Below are positions 50,587 to 63,270 of a stretch of 64,000 nt of DNA, piece after piece. The notes beneath the pieces were generated by a model. The model worked only from the letters and a program-made list of their open reading frames with translations, had not been told where the DNA came from and searched no databases. This stretch comes from Felis catus (Eukaryota). Every line of letters begins with the position of its first letter. The stretch's first letter is position 1. The stretch lies in assembly GCF_018350175.1 (NCBI RefSeq), contig NC_058368.1, forward strand, positions 38,814,001-38,878,000, in the 5' to 3' direction. The translations under genes were made by a program, and so were the position numbers.

Positions 50587-50750
50587 CCTCTCCCCTGCTC
50601 TCAAAAAATAAAAAATAATAAAATAAATTTAAAAACAGTATAAAGTTTCAATTATGCAAGATTAATAAATGATAGAGATCTGTTGTACGGTGTAGTATCT
50701 ATAGTTACCATACTGTTGTATGCCTAAAAATCTGCTGCATATAGTTAACT
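49610..50750 (+). mobile_element. 5'-inverted (twin-primed) L1: minus arm about 49610-50107, plus arm about 50108-50750
   Basis: Antisense ORF2 switches to sense IAALFTITKIWKQSKCPS at about 50108, then 3' UTR. Confidence 0.85.
50420..50635 (+). mobile_element. CanSINE inserted in L1 3' UTR
   Basis: Full SINE with 'gctcaggtcat' duplicated; degenerate TSD ata(c/a)agtttc. Confidence 0.93.
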
Positions 50751-50754
50751 GACA

Positions 50755-51285
50755 CCCTCCGGCCACATCCTTGTTCTTCATTTCTCCCAGGCTTCTCCCA
50801 ACTGCTGAGTGTGGCAGGAGGTCTAGGACTGTGCTGTTCCTCTTCTGGAAATAGAATTTTTCCACAAGCAAACTTAGAGGCATTCCACTGGTTATGTCAA
50901 AAGTTTTTCAGAACTTCACTGCAGCCTGGGGACCTTTCTACTCACCCTTCTCTTCTTCCTCTGCTTTCAAGCGTTTTAGCTATATTGAGGTCTAAATCTT
51001 GTCTGTGTTCTTCTCCCTTCCCCTTATCTGGCGCAACTGTTTCTCCTGAAAAAGCTCTGCACATTTAATCTTGCCTTGATGTAATCTTGGAGGATTCAAA
51101 ATGGCCCAGAGGATACAGAGTAAAGGAATAGGCACTAATATGGTATTTTGGGATTGGTTTACCAGCTCTCAAGGAATATTCCATGTAGAGTGGCATGGTG
51201 TTCCTTGGCTCAGTGTAGTAGTCACACTGCTGAAGCTTTTACAAGAGGTGACCTATGAAAATGTACCCTACACGGAAACATAGGC
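50755..51285 (+). mobile_element. Class III ERV remnant: LTR40-like LTR (to about 51108) plus ERV3-16A3/HERV16-like leader and gag start
   Basis: LTR end 'tgcacatttaatcttgccttg...ggaggattcaaaatggccca'; then MVFWDWFT...PW...LLK...VTYENVP resembling recalled ERV3-16A3 gag N-terminus. Confidence 0.6.
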
Positions 51286-54200
51286 CCTCTCAGAAGCGAC
51301 TCCTGTCTTCTCTCCTGAGCTGTAGGAGGTCTTCTCTTCAATGTCTCCTTTCTAGCAACCAAAGACTCCTTTTACAGATGACCCTAAAAGCTGACATATT
51401 TTTCATATTCCATTGGCTAGATTAGGTCAAAGGCTTTTGCTTAAATCAGTCACTGATAAAGACGAAGGGTCTCAAGGATTGGTTTAAATGACTAAAGAAT
51501 AAACTCTGAACTTGGGTTGCATTCACTTTCCCCCCAAGTTAAGTGGAGGGTAATATGTAGCACTCTTCCATCTTTTTCTCTCCTTTATTTCCCTGCCCCC
51601 ATCCCCATCATCATCATCATGATCATCATCACAGAACTGTTTGGAAGATCAACATCTGGAAACAAACTATTTTCCCAGATATCTAAAACCGAGTATCTTC
51701 TTGATAGCACACTCATATCAGAACTTATACAGAAGTTAAATCTATATATGCAGGCATAAAATATTTATGTTACATATCATTAGGATTTTTAAAAAGGAGG
51801 AACACAAGTTCTGGAACAGATTTCAATGCATAATTCTGTTGATTATAATATACTCAAATAGAAATATAAACATGTATAAACATATATAGATAGTGGTATT
51901 CTTAATTATAACTATAACATTTCTTCAAGTACACAGCAAAAAAAATGTCTTTAACACTGGGACTGATATTTGGGTGAGTTAGAGAAGGGAACTTGTATTT
52001 TCACTTTGAGTTCTTTTACATAATTTGATATTTCTTTATTGGCATCATTATAAAAATAATAGGAAGACAAAGTATACAGCAGAATATAGTGATTGCCTTA
52101 CTGTGAATGTTGTGTGACTTGATTTTACTTTTCTTAGCTTTCTACATGTACAGTGTCCTTTTTTATTTTGCAAGTAGGTATATTCATTCTCTTTCAGAAT
52201 ATAAATCATTATAACTTTGTCCATGAGGTATCACTTGACTTCCTAGGACATGCAGATTCATCTGGTATTTGCTAGCATGAAACAGAATATTTGAGAGAGG
52301 AATTTTGACCAAAACTTATACTCAAAATGAATGAGGGCTAGATTTGAATCATCTTTAGTTTTGAAAACATTCTATAAACATTTCAACTCTGTGCAGAGTA
52401 CTTTTTCTGGCTCAATAAACCTCTTGGTCAAGTCCCTTTTAAATGATCAATGATGTAAAGGGAGAGTATGTTTCCAACAGTATCCAAGTGAAATATATAT
52501 TTATCATGTAAATTCATTTATAAGTCATATTTTTAAATGAATATTAGTTGAAATTAATCCAGCATCAATTATTTTATGTCAATTTATGTCATAAAATTTA
52601 AATGTTATAAATATTTTATGTCATTTCTGCCATACCAATTCATGTGCTGTTGCAGCTTAGTGTATATTTTCAGCCTAATATAATCCCTGTGTTTATTTTG
52701 GAAATACATTTTTGTGTCCTATTTTTATAGCTATATCTCATGAACCCATCAAGAGAAACAATGTCAAAGATATGTTATTTTTATTTATCATGAATATTTG
52801 AAATAGAACTTAGTGAATTGTTCTCTACTTCACTATAAGGAATGTAAAGCATGGTATTTTTCTACTGAATCCTTAATCCTTAGCCCAGTACCTGACACAT
52901 CAATGCTAACTCTTCTAAAATTTCTCTTCCTTCTTTTTTTTATTAAGTCCCTTTTGAGAATATGTTTAACATAAGTTATTTGCAGCTACATGGTATTTCT
53001 CATCCTTTCAAATGCATTAGTAAATAAACTTTCATTTTATGAAGAGCTAGACTTAATCTGTACTTTATAGAGCTAGAGAGCTGTTTATGACTGTTGTTTG
53101 TGTTAAAAAGGGATTGCGCCTATTCTGACCTAATGTGTCTGGTTTTACCAATCTCACATACTAGAAGTGACTTTTAACTTTTTCTCCTAAAATTAATATA
53201 AAAACTATTGTGTTTGATGACATGCTATATAGATGCCTGAGTTATTCACTGTTTTAAAGCCTTCCAAAGTTTCAACCTAAAATTAAGTTCACTTCTTTAG
53301 ATTTAACTTTATAAGTGACTATAGGTTATTAAATGTAAATACTTAAGACCTACATATTGTCAAGATGTTGATAGTTTCTTATTTGTATATTTTTGAGGCA
53401 AAGTTTAGAATGTAATTCAGTTTTTGTATTCACATATTTATAAAATTGAGATGATTATTCTAATCCTAGAAATTTAATAATTGTATTTTAAATGATCCCT
53501 TGGTAATGCCTGGAATTAAGGAAGAAATTAACAATTATTTGGACCTGAATGCTGAACTAGGTTTTATAGGCATCCATTGGGAGTCTGCAAACAGCCCTCA
53601 TTAGGGTAAGGCTAATCAGCATTGCATCAGGGAAATAGCTAAAGTACTGTCTAAGGAGACAATATGAAAATAACCATAACAATTAAAGAAACTAAACAAA
53701 TAAGAAGGATATAAGAAATTGTTTAATACACTAATGGTTACAGTCATAAAATGGTATAATGTAAGTTATTTCAAATGGTTGTGTTATAAAATTGTGTTGT
53801 ATCATGATAAATCAACTAAAAGCTAGAGAAGAAATGTTGACAATTGGAAAGGGAATACTTGGACTATCTATAAAACTCTAATATAAACTTATGGAAGAGT
53901 TCATCTTATTAAACCAATTGCAATGTTAGAAGCTCGTATTCTTATGTCAATGAAATAGAGCCTTGGTGTGTGTTATCTATTATCAAGTTGTTAGTGTGAT
54001 AACTTTTCTATTTGAAGTATGGCTCTATAAAATATTCTCACATGGAATCTGTGAACATGCTACAAAAGAGCTGCAGTTAATGAACAAATCATTGATCATA
54101 GTACAAAGGCAAATAATCCAATATTTTGTAGCATCTTGCACTAACTAATGCAATAAATCAAACAAGTGTACTGTCTTGTAACCAAGCTTGTAGAACTTGA

Positions 54201-54718
54201 TATCAGGAAATGAGAATATCCCAGGTATACGTATCCTAATTTGGATACCAAAACCTTGAAAGAAAGCTATGTTTACAAAATTGTGATTATTAAAAGAAAT
54301 ACTTTCAATAGTGCATAGAATAGTACATATTTCATAGGCACTTGAGAGTCAAATTATTTTGTGTTTTAAGTAAAATGGATTGATTGCTTAAGACCTAGCA
54401 CCACGATAAATTCTGTGCAGTCACCTTGATTAATACATAGGCCACAAAGTCACGGGGGCGGCAAATATCTGGCTGCATAAGCTGTGACTAATAAACCAAC
54501 ATATAAAACAAAAATGAAAAATAAAAATAGCAACAATTAAGTATTATAGGTTTTATTCCAAAAGTAAGCAAGTGTAGTAAGCCTGATACATTCACCATCA
54601 TGACTCATCTAGTTTTCAAATGATTTATACTCACTTTTGTTTATTACATGTGTTCAGTGATGAGCACATTACGCTTATAACAATGTAGAAATGAAACAGT
54701 AGGATTTACTCTAGGACT

Positions 54719-55113
54719 TCTTATGCGCTGAAATGTGACTTCCCAAAATTCATATGTTGAGCTTTTATCTCCCAGTACCTCAGAGTGTGAATGCTTTTAG
54801 AGACATAGGTCTTTAAAGAGGTAGTTAGATAAAATGAGATCATCAGGGTGGACTCTAATCCAGTACAACTGGGGTCCTTGTAAAGAAAGGATATTAAGGA
54901 TATTAAGGCACAGACACACAGACAGAAGACCACGTGCAGAGGGGGAGAAGATGGCCATCTGAAAGCCAAGAAGGATGGCCTCAGAAGAAACCAACCCTGC
55001 TAACACCTTAAACTCCCATTTCTAGCCTCTAGAACAATGAAAAAATAATGTTTTGTGGCTTCAGTCATCCAGTCGATGGTACTTTGTTATTGTGGCCTGA
55101 ACAAACTAACACA
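54719..55113 (+). mobile_element. MaLR solo LTR (MLT1B-like), full length
   Basis: 'cccaaaattcatatgttga', 'cccagtacctcaga', 'gaagatggccatct', 'cctcagaagaaaccaaccctgc', ends aactaacaca; 5-bp TSD ggact/gaact. Confidence 0.9.
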
Positions 55114-55398
55114 GAACTGAACTCAGAAGGAACTCAGCATGAGACTTGTGGTGGATTGACTCATATTTGAACTTGATTCTATTTGAAACAACAACAACAA
55201 ACTACCTTACTTGTTTGAAATGTCCTCACAGAAGTATGATTCAACTATATAAAAATATTTTAATTATTTGTTTACCATCTAGGAGCTTTTAGAACATAAA
55301 ACTTAAGAGCATAAAGACTTTTAGATATAAGAGCTGATATGTAATGATCAATATTCATCATTATTTTATTACACATTACTACAAAACAGAACAGGAAA

Positions 55399-55656
55399 GG
55401 GGCACCTGGCTGGCTCAGTGGGGGGGGGGGCGTCTGGTGGCACATTCAGTTATGTATCCAACTTCAGCTCAGGTCATGATCTCACGGTTCATGGGTTAGA
55501 GCCCTGTATCAGGCTCTATGCTAACAGCTCAGAGCTTAGAGTTCTGTGTCTCCCTCTCTCCCTGCCCCTCCCCGACTCACACTCTGTCTCTGTCTCTCTT
55601 TCTCTCTCTGTCTCTGTCTCATAAATAAATAAATATTAATAAATACAGTTAAAAAA
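55399..55656 (+). mobile_element. CanSINE with duplicated head and G11 run
   Basis: ggggcacctggctggctcagt + G11 + cgtctggtggc..., then normal body and tail. Confidence 0.9.
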
Positions 55657-55880
55657 GGGGCACCTGGGTGGCTCAGTATGTTGAGCATCCAATTTAGACT
55701 CAGATCATGATCTCCCGATCCACGGATTTGAGTCCCCTGTTGGGCTCTCTGCTGACAGCTCAGAGCCTGGAGCCTGCTTCAGATTAGTGTCTTCCTCTCC
55801 CTCTACCCCTCTCCTATTGGTGCTCTGTCTCTCTCTGTCTCTCAAAAATTAATAAACATTAAAAATAATTTTTAAGAAAA
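55657..55880 (+). mobile_element. CanSINE (tandem with previous)
   Basis: Full head, body and tail. Confidence 0.95.
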
Positions 55881-56091
55881 ATTTTGTGTTTGTGAATAAT
55901 ATGTATACTTTTTAAATAAAAAGTCATAGTGATTTGGATCTGTGCTTGGGTTTATGTTATCAGAATAGATAATGTCTATAAATAATAGGAGTGAATAAAA
56001 TGTTCAAATATTGGTTTTATCAATTTCCTTTAACTATTCACATTACTTTCAAGTTGTCTAGAAAGGCTTTTAAAATATTATTTTAAAAAAT

Positions 56092-56261
56092 GGGGTGCCT
56101 GGGTGGCTCAGTCGGTTGAACATCCAACTTAGGCTCAGGTCATGATCTCGCAGACTGTGAGTTCAGAGCCTGGAGCCTGCTTCAGATTCTGTGTCTCCCT
56201 CTCTCTCTCTCTCTGCACCCCCCGCCACAGATGCTTATACACTCCCCCCCCCCCACTCTTT
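56092..56261 (+). mobile_element. CanSINE lacking A tail, fused to L1
   Basis: Head and CT body present, internal deletion after gagttc, no tail. Confidence 0.92.
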
Positions 56262-57914
56262 TTCATGGATTGGAAGAATAAATATTGTTAAAATGTCAAT
56301 ACTACCCAAAGCTATCTACACATTCAATGCAATCCCAATCAAAATTGCACCAGCATTCTTCTCCAAGCTAGAACAAGCAATCCTAAAGCCTGTATGGAAC
56401 CACAAAAGACCCTGAATAGCCAAAGTAATAGTGAAGAAGAAGACCAAAGTGGGAGGCAACAATCCCAGACTTTAGCCTCTACTACAAAGCTGTCATCATC
56501 AAGACAGCATGGTATTGGCACAAAAACAGACACATAAACCAATGGAATAGAATAGAGACTCCAGAATTGGATCCACAATAGTGTGGCCAACTAATCTTTG
56601 ACAAAGCAGGAAAGAATATCCAATGGAAAAAAGTCTCTTTAACAAATGGTGCTGGGAGAGCGGGACAGCAACATGCAGAAGAATGAAACTAGACCACTTC
56701 TTGCACCATTCACAAAAATAAACTCAAAATAGATAAAGGACTTGAATGTGAGACAGGAAACCATCAAAACCCTAGAGAGAAAGCAGGAAAAAACCTCTCT
56801 GACCTCAGCCACAGCAATTTCTTACTTGACACATCTCCAAAGGCAAAGGAATTAAAAGTAAAAATGAACTATCGGGACCTCATCCAGATAAAAAGCTTCT
56901 GCACTGCAACGGAAACAATCAACAAAACTAAAAGGCAGCTGACAGAATGGGAAAAGATATTTGCAAATGACATATCAGACAAAGGGCTAGTATGCAAAAT
57001 CTATAAAAAACTCACCAAACTCCACACCCGAAAAACAAATAATCCAGTGAAGAAATGGGCAGAAAACATGAATAGACACTTCTCTAAAGAAGACATCCAG
57101 ATGACCAACAGGCACATGAAAAGATGCTCAACATCGCTTCTCATCAGGGAAATACAAATCAAAACCACACTCAGATATCACCTCACGCCAGTCAGACTAA
57201 AATGAACAAATCAGGAGACTATAGATGCTGGAGAGGATGTGGAGAAACGGGAACCCTCTTGTACTGTTGGTGGGAATGCAAAGTGGTGCAGCCACTCTGG
57301 AAAACAGTGTGGAGGTTCCTCAAAAAATTAAAAATAGATCTACCCTATGACCCAGCAATAGCACTGCTAGGAATTTACCCAAGGGATATAGGAGTGCTGA
57401 TGCATAGGGGCACTTATACCCTAATGTTTATAGCAACACTTTCAACAATAGCCAAATTATGGAAAGAGCCTAAATGTCCATCAACTAATGAATGGATAAA
57501 GAAATTGTGGCTTATATACACAATGGAATACTACATGGCAATGAGAAAGAATGAAATATGGCCTTTTGTAGAAATGTGGGTGGAACTGGAGAGTGTGATG
57601 CTAAGTGAAATAAGCCATACAGAGAAAGACAGATACCATATGTGTTCACTCTTATGTGGATCCTGAGAAACTTAACAGAAGACCATGGGGGAGGGGAAGG
57701 AAAAAAAAATGTTAGAAAGGGAGGGAGACAAACCATAAGAGACTCTTAAAAACTGAGAACAATCTGAGGGTTGATGGTGGGTGGGAGGGTGAGGAGGGTG
57801 GTTGATGGGTATTGAGGAGGGCACCTTTTGGGAGGAGCACTGGGTGTTGTATGGAAACCAATTTGACAATAAATTTCATATTAAAAATAAAAAGAAAAAC
57901 AATTTAAAAATTAA
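56262..57914 (+). mobile_element. Relatively young felid L1 (L1_Fc-type), 5'-truncated, about 1.65 kb
   Basis: [19 protein letters not shown]... through ...[19 protein letters not shown]...MLSEIS; cat-type 3' UTR ending ggaaaccaatttgacaataaatttcat + A tail; few frameshifts. Confidence 0.96.
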
Positions 57915-58574
57915 AAAATATTATTTTAAAAGATATATAAGTGTATATTATGCCTTTTAAGTACATTTATCACTAATACAAAACATAATAGCCCTATATT
58001 TAAATTTATGTTTAATATTAAAATTTAAAACTTTAGGTATTTATATTCACTTAATATCTTGGATATTTATCTAATTTTTAAACATGAAATTTACTTTGCA
58101 AGAAATTCATTTTGATCCAAATTGAAATTCTCTGTTGTGATATTCTATTTTGCTAGTTTTTTTAGATATATAAATTTCAATTTTAGTATTTCCTATTTGG
58201 GATCATTTTCTGAAGAAATCTCACTAGGGTTGGTCTAATAGATCACAGAATTTGAGAGATGGTGCACATTCCTCAAAAAATTTAGAAATCCTTATTTTCC
58301 TTATTTAACCATTTCCACTGCCAAAACCTTAAAAACAATTGACTAGGAGTACATGAGCTTCCAAAATTGGACCAAAATGGCATAAAATCCCAGATATTCT
58401 CTGCTTTTCCTTGGCACAGTGATTGTTAATGAGATATCTATTTATCCTATGGTGACCATTATATTTTAGATATAATGTTATATATAAATTTCCAATTTGA
58501 TTTCTGTGAGTATATTCCATCTCATCATTTACACTAATTTTAGAAACTGAGATGTACAAAGTGTCTTTCTTTTA

Positions 58575-58902
58575 GGTGCTGGTAGATGAGTAGGGAAGAG
58601 TAGTTCTGAAGGTGGTCAAAAATACAAACTTTCAGTTATAAGGTAAGTACTGGGGATGTAATGTACAGGATGATGACAATAGTTAATAGTGCTGATTAGT
58701 ATACTGAAAAGTTGCTAGGAGTGTTAAGCCTAAAAGTTCTCATCACAAGAAAAGAAAAATCTATGTGAAGTGATGGATGTTAACTAAACTAATTGTAATT
58801 ATCATTTTGTAATAAAAACATATGTCAAGTTATTATGCTGTACACCTTAAACTTACATAGGGCTGTATGTCAATTATACTTCAATAAAACTGGGAGAAAA
58901 AA
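58575..58902 (+). mobile_element. L1 3' UTR (L1MA9/L1_Carn-like)
   Basis: 'aaactttcagttataagg', 'aaaagttctcatcacaag', 'gctgtacaccttaaacttaca', 'caataaaactggg'. Confidence 0.85.
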
Positions 58903-60099
58903 GATCCTAAATAAATTACCATTTTACGTGATGCAGTTAATAAATGTTCATGCTTTTGAGTACTATAAAAATACAGAGGAGAGAGATATAATTAAATTTA
59001 GGAATATGCATCTCCTGAGAATATATAATGTGAACCAACTCTTAAAGAAACTATTCAATGGGAAGAAAAAACAGGTAACAAGTAACAGTCAATTAAGCAC
59101 AGTAAATATCAGGTAGTTATGGGAGAAAAGGACTGTGGGACAATCTGGTATATCAGGAAATGTAAGTCCTTCTACAACTTACATGTAAAAAGTGAATGAA
59201 AGAAAATTAATATGAAATATTATTCTAAAGGGCATGAACGGGCTTATCTACTACTCAAAAGAGTGCTTTGTTTAAAAATTTATTCCTAAACTATAGTGAG
59301 ACATTGAAGAATTTTGAAATAATTTTTGAAACCTCCAAATCTTTTTATGATGTATTGGATAGATCAAAAGAACTACAATAATCAGGGTAGATCATATTGT
59401 CAAGTACATCAGATAACTATGGAAGCAAATGAGTCATTGAATTAAAATTTCAGAGAAGGAAGAATCCAGTTTGGGATGAGATCATCCTACTCTCCATACC
59501 CTACTTTCCAGGGATAATTGTTGAGGGTAAGCACAGAGTAGGGACAGGGCTTACAATAGGCAGAGGGGCTTTCTTAGTGGCAGGAGACCAATGGACATTT
59601 TGACAAGTAGTCTTGCCTGAGAGATTAAAATCTAGATCATCTCCAAAGGCATGGCCAATTTTTCCCATTGTATATTTATTGAGAGGTTGGAAGGTGAAGT
59701 GAAATCTTCCATGGTCACAGGATTTTTAGGCCACAAAATGTCACTAAAGGGAGAGTCCTGCAGCATACACATAACAGATTTTGTAATCAGGGTGTTTGAA
59801 TTCAAAAGTAGATTGTATGTAAGTAGAGCAGCCAGTGATTACATTCAAACGAGTAGCTTTCAAACTCTATTCCTAATAAAGGTGAAACATCCCCTGACAA
59901 TAGCTACATCAAGTTATGGGTGTACATTGCTTTTATTAACAAATATACATAGCATAGAATATATGACCAGAAAAGGAGAATGAAAGTGTGAGGGATGTCA
60001 AGAGAGAAAAGACACAGTAGAAGCAGAATCCCAAATGTTACATATGTAGGAAGTAGCAGAGAAAGATTGTAAAATAATTAGTATAAATACAAATGAGTA

Positions 60100-61040
60100 C
60101 ATTGAAAAAATGGAAGAAAAGATGGGGAATCTAAGCACAAAATAACAATTAAACACAAATCACATTCTCATAGTGAAAAACATAGTACTGAGATTAAGAA
60201 CTTGCTGATTCGGTTTAATTTGAGACTGAGCACAGAAGATTGGGAAACTTGAAAAACAGTCAGTACAAAACATTCACACAGGGAGAACAAAAGAATGAAC
60301 CCAGAAGATAACTGAGAATGAGGGATATACAAAACACAGTTTAAAGTAAAAATATACATGTTGCAACCTCAGAAGGAAAGATGAGAGAAAAGGTATAAAA
60401 GCAGTGTTTGAAGACTTATTATAGCTTAACTTTTTACAAAACTAGTAAAAGACTTCCAGCCATCTGATACAAGAGTTCAGGAGACTCCAGCAGGAAAGCT
60501 CACCCACACCCACGCATAGAGGCACATTGCAGCCTGGTGGCTGACTCTTCAGACCTGCAGAATACAGAGCACCAGAAAACCTGATTTTCTTTACAATTCT
60601 GAAGAACAAAACAAAGCAGGGCAACAATAGCCACATCTACTAACCTACCAGTCTAAACCTTTGTACTATGCAAAATGAAGGCAAAATACACGTGGTTTTA
60701 GACCAATAAAACATGATAATCTACTAGAGATTTGCCTTAAAAATATATCCAATAACATCAAAGTGCAGATTCGTCTCAAGGACACAGGGCTAGTCATTAA
60801 GAGAAGCCATGTCACAATCCATAAAAGAACTGTTAATAAATTTCAGAAGAGAGAATCATACAATATATGGTCTCTCACAAGATGGATTTAAATTCAAAAT
60901 CAGGAAGATATGCAGGAAAATCTGAAAATATTTAGAAATTAAATAGCACACATATAAATAATGCAGTCAAGGAGGTTCAGTAAAAATGTTTTAAACTGAA
61001 TAAGGACAATTAAAAAGCATAACACAATTTTTAGGATGAA
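60100..61040 (+). mobile_element. Ancient L1 (L1ME-type): ORF1 remnant fused by deletion to mid-endonuclease ORF2
   Basis: ORF1-like 'cctcagaaggaaagatgagaga', 'aaaatgaaggcaaaata'; EN-like 'ccataaaagaactgttaataaattt...aatcatacaa' after about 60745. Confidence 0.65.
60693..60989 (+). repeat. Long inverted repeat, left arm
   Basis: Reverse complement of 63271-63562; 67/67 identity at 60786-60852 and 100/101 at 60886-60986 by manual alignment. Confidence 0.95.
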
Positions 61041-61904
61041 AGTTTCCCAGTAAAATATTGCAGTTGTAAATTCTTTCAAATCTGTTTTGCTTCATATATT
61101 TTTAAGCTCTGTTGTTAAGAGCATACTATTGCTTTCCAGTCAATTTTTAAAAATATTTTCTTTAGAATAGTTTCAGATATACATTAAAAAATGTTAAGAC
61201 TCTTTTTCAGTACCACTGTACATCCAGTGCATAAATGAGTGCTACAAATATCAGCAAAAGCTCTTGATCAAACACTCACGAAAACTTGCATTCTACCACT
61301 TCTGACCATCAAGAAATTTATTTATTAGTTTGTTTTAACTTGGGTTCCTGCTTTAGGATTTGAGGAAAATATAACCAGTTTCTATATGAACCTCTAAACA
61401 TATTAATCTGGCAGACTCAGTTTCCCCATCCTGATTTCTTAGAGTATAATTTGCCCCTCATTTTTATCCTCATTTTCCTCTTTGTGTGGGTGTTCAGAGA
61501 AAGATTCCTGTTTTATAACCACCTAGACAGAAATACATCCTTGCCAAGGGGAGCTTCAGACCCTACCAGCACTGTGATCTTGTGCAAACTACTGAAGTTA
61601 GTTGAGGAAGCTTCCTCATCAATAAAAAGGACTATGAATACCTAAGTTTAAGTTTTAAGTTTTAATAATGATATTAAAAGAAGTAATATTCATAATTCTT
61701 CTGACAAAGTCCTTGCATATACCTTACAAATATTAAAAACCAATCAATTATATGACAGCACCATTAAAAAAAGAGCCTCACAGGTTAAAAAAATAAATAT
61801 ACTTTAATAAAATTAACTAGTGAAGAATGTTTACATACACATTTTATGTTCTAGAATAGCACTGGTAAAGTCATTCGATTCTCTTTAAAAATCAACGCAA
61901 AATT

Positions 61905-62110
61905 GGGGCACCTGTGTGGCTCAGTTGGTTGAGTATCTGACTTCAGCTCAGGTCATGATCTCGTAGTTCCTGAGTTTGAGCCCCGCATCAGGCTCTGTGC
62001 TGACAGCTCAGAGATGGGAGCCTGCTTCAGCTTCTGTGTCTCCCTCTCTCTCTGCCCCTCCCCTTCTCACATTCTGTCTCTTCCTCAAAAATGAATAAAC
62101 ATTTAAAAAA
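61905..62110 (+). mobile_element. CanSINE
   Basis: Full SINE; degenerate TSD aaatcaacgcaaaatt / aaatcaacccagaatt. Confidence 0.95.
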
Positions 62111-63005
62111 TAAATCAACCCAGAATTTTAAATTTCCACTTGCTTGTGCTATCTCTTCTTTCTGTTAATACAGAGTATCTTTAACTCCATTTATAATGAG
62201 GGTAGAGAAACATACGTTCTTTTTGCAAAAATTACTACTTCAAACTTACAAAACTAAAAGTCAATCCTACAACAAGATTTTCTTTAAGATGATGATGAAT
62301 GTGGAGACATAAGCATTTTAATTTGTTTTACTAGGTTTAAAAATAAAGACATTTCCTTTTTAATATATCCTATTCTTGCCTAATGAACAATACATTTTCA
62401 TATATGGATTATGGTTAATATGTATTAGATATATTTGAGACTTAATTAAAAGTATAGAGCCTTTTGAAATTCAGAGATAAAAATATGCTCTTTTAAAACA
62501 CAAAGGAATTTAAAGTATTTAATTGAAATATGGTTTCAGGCTTAGTCTGAAATAAAACATATGGTAATTACTAATCTGCAAATCATTAGTTATAGTACTT
62601 AACTAATATTGTAAAAATTTCCAAAACTAGACCAAGCTCATTTGTCATTATGTGCTAATATAATTGTCACACTGCATTGGTTCTCCTACAATTAAATGTT
62701 CCAGTTGACAGCCACCCATCAGGATGTAGCCATCAATCAAGGAAGTAACTCCAAGACCTCTTAAGGATCTTCCTTTATGTTGAATCAATCTGCATCACAA
62801 AAAGTGTCACCTTCTCTTTCTTTCTCTGTGATGTTTTCCTGATCCCTAGAGTAGTAATATATCACATCTGCCTCTGTTTCTCTCTCTGAGTCCCAACAAC
62901 ATATGGTTTTGTAAATAGATATCTAAAGATCTGTGTCATAACTGCTATACTGGATATTTTTTAAACACTATGGCTGTACTTTTTGAAATCTACGTATTTG
63001 TCAAA

Positions 63006-63190
63006 TGACCAAGAGATTTTTTACTGTTCCCTTCAGCTTGGCTAAACTTCTTCCTCATTCTGGGCCCCTGATCTCTCTCTGTCTCTCCGTCTCTCTCTCT
63101 CTCTCTCTTTTGGTTAGAACCTTTACTTTAGAAAAAAATGTAATTGGAAATTCTTTCTCTGACCTTTGAGATGCAAATCTTCTCCCAGCC
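63006..63190 (+). mobile_element. ERV1 LTR 5' fragment, MER67-like
   Basis: tga start, 'ttcagcttggctaaactt', 'ggcccctga', 'tttactttagaaaa', 'aattctttctctg', 'tttgagatgcaaatcttctcccagcc' match the recalled consensus. Confidence 0.65.
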
Positions 63191-63270
63191 AATACTGATT
63201 CAATAATTGTAATAAATATATCATACTAAAGTAAACTCTTAACAATAGGAAAAAGACAATAGTAAAAATG

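Noticed and set aside
606..62110. tRNA genes or a CRISPR-like array from the recurring ~200-bp unit
   Set aside because: Units are dispersed tRNA-derived SINEs with A tails and TSDs; no cloverleaf gene and no regular repeat-spacer period.
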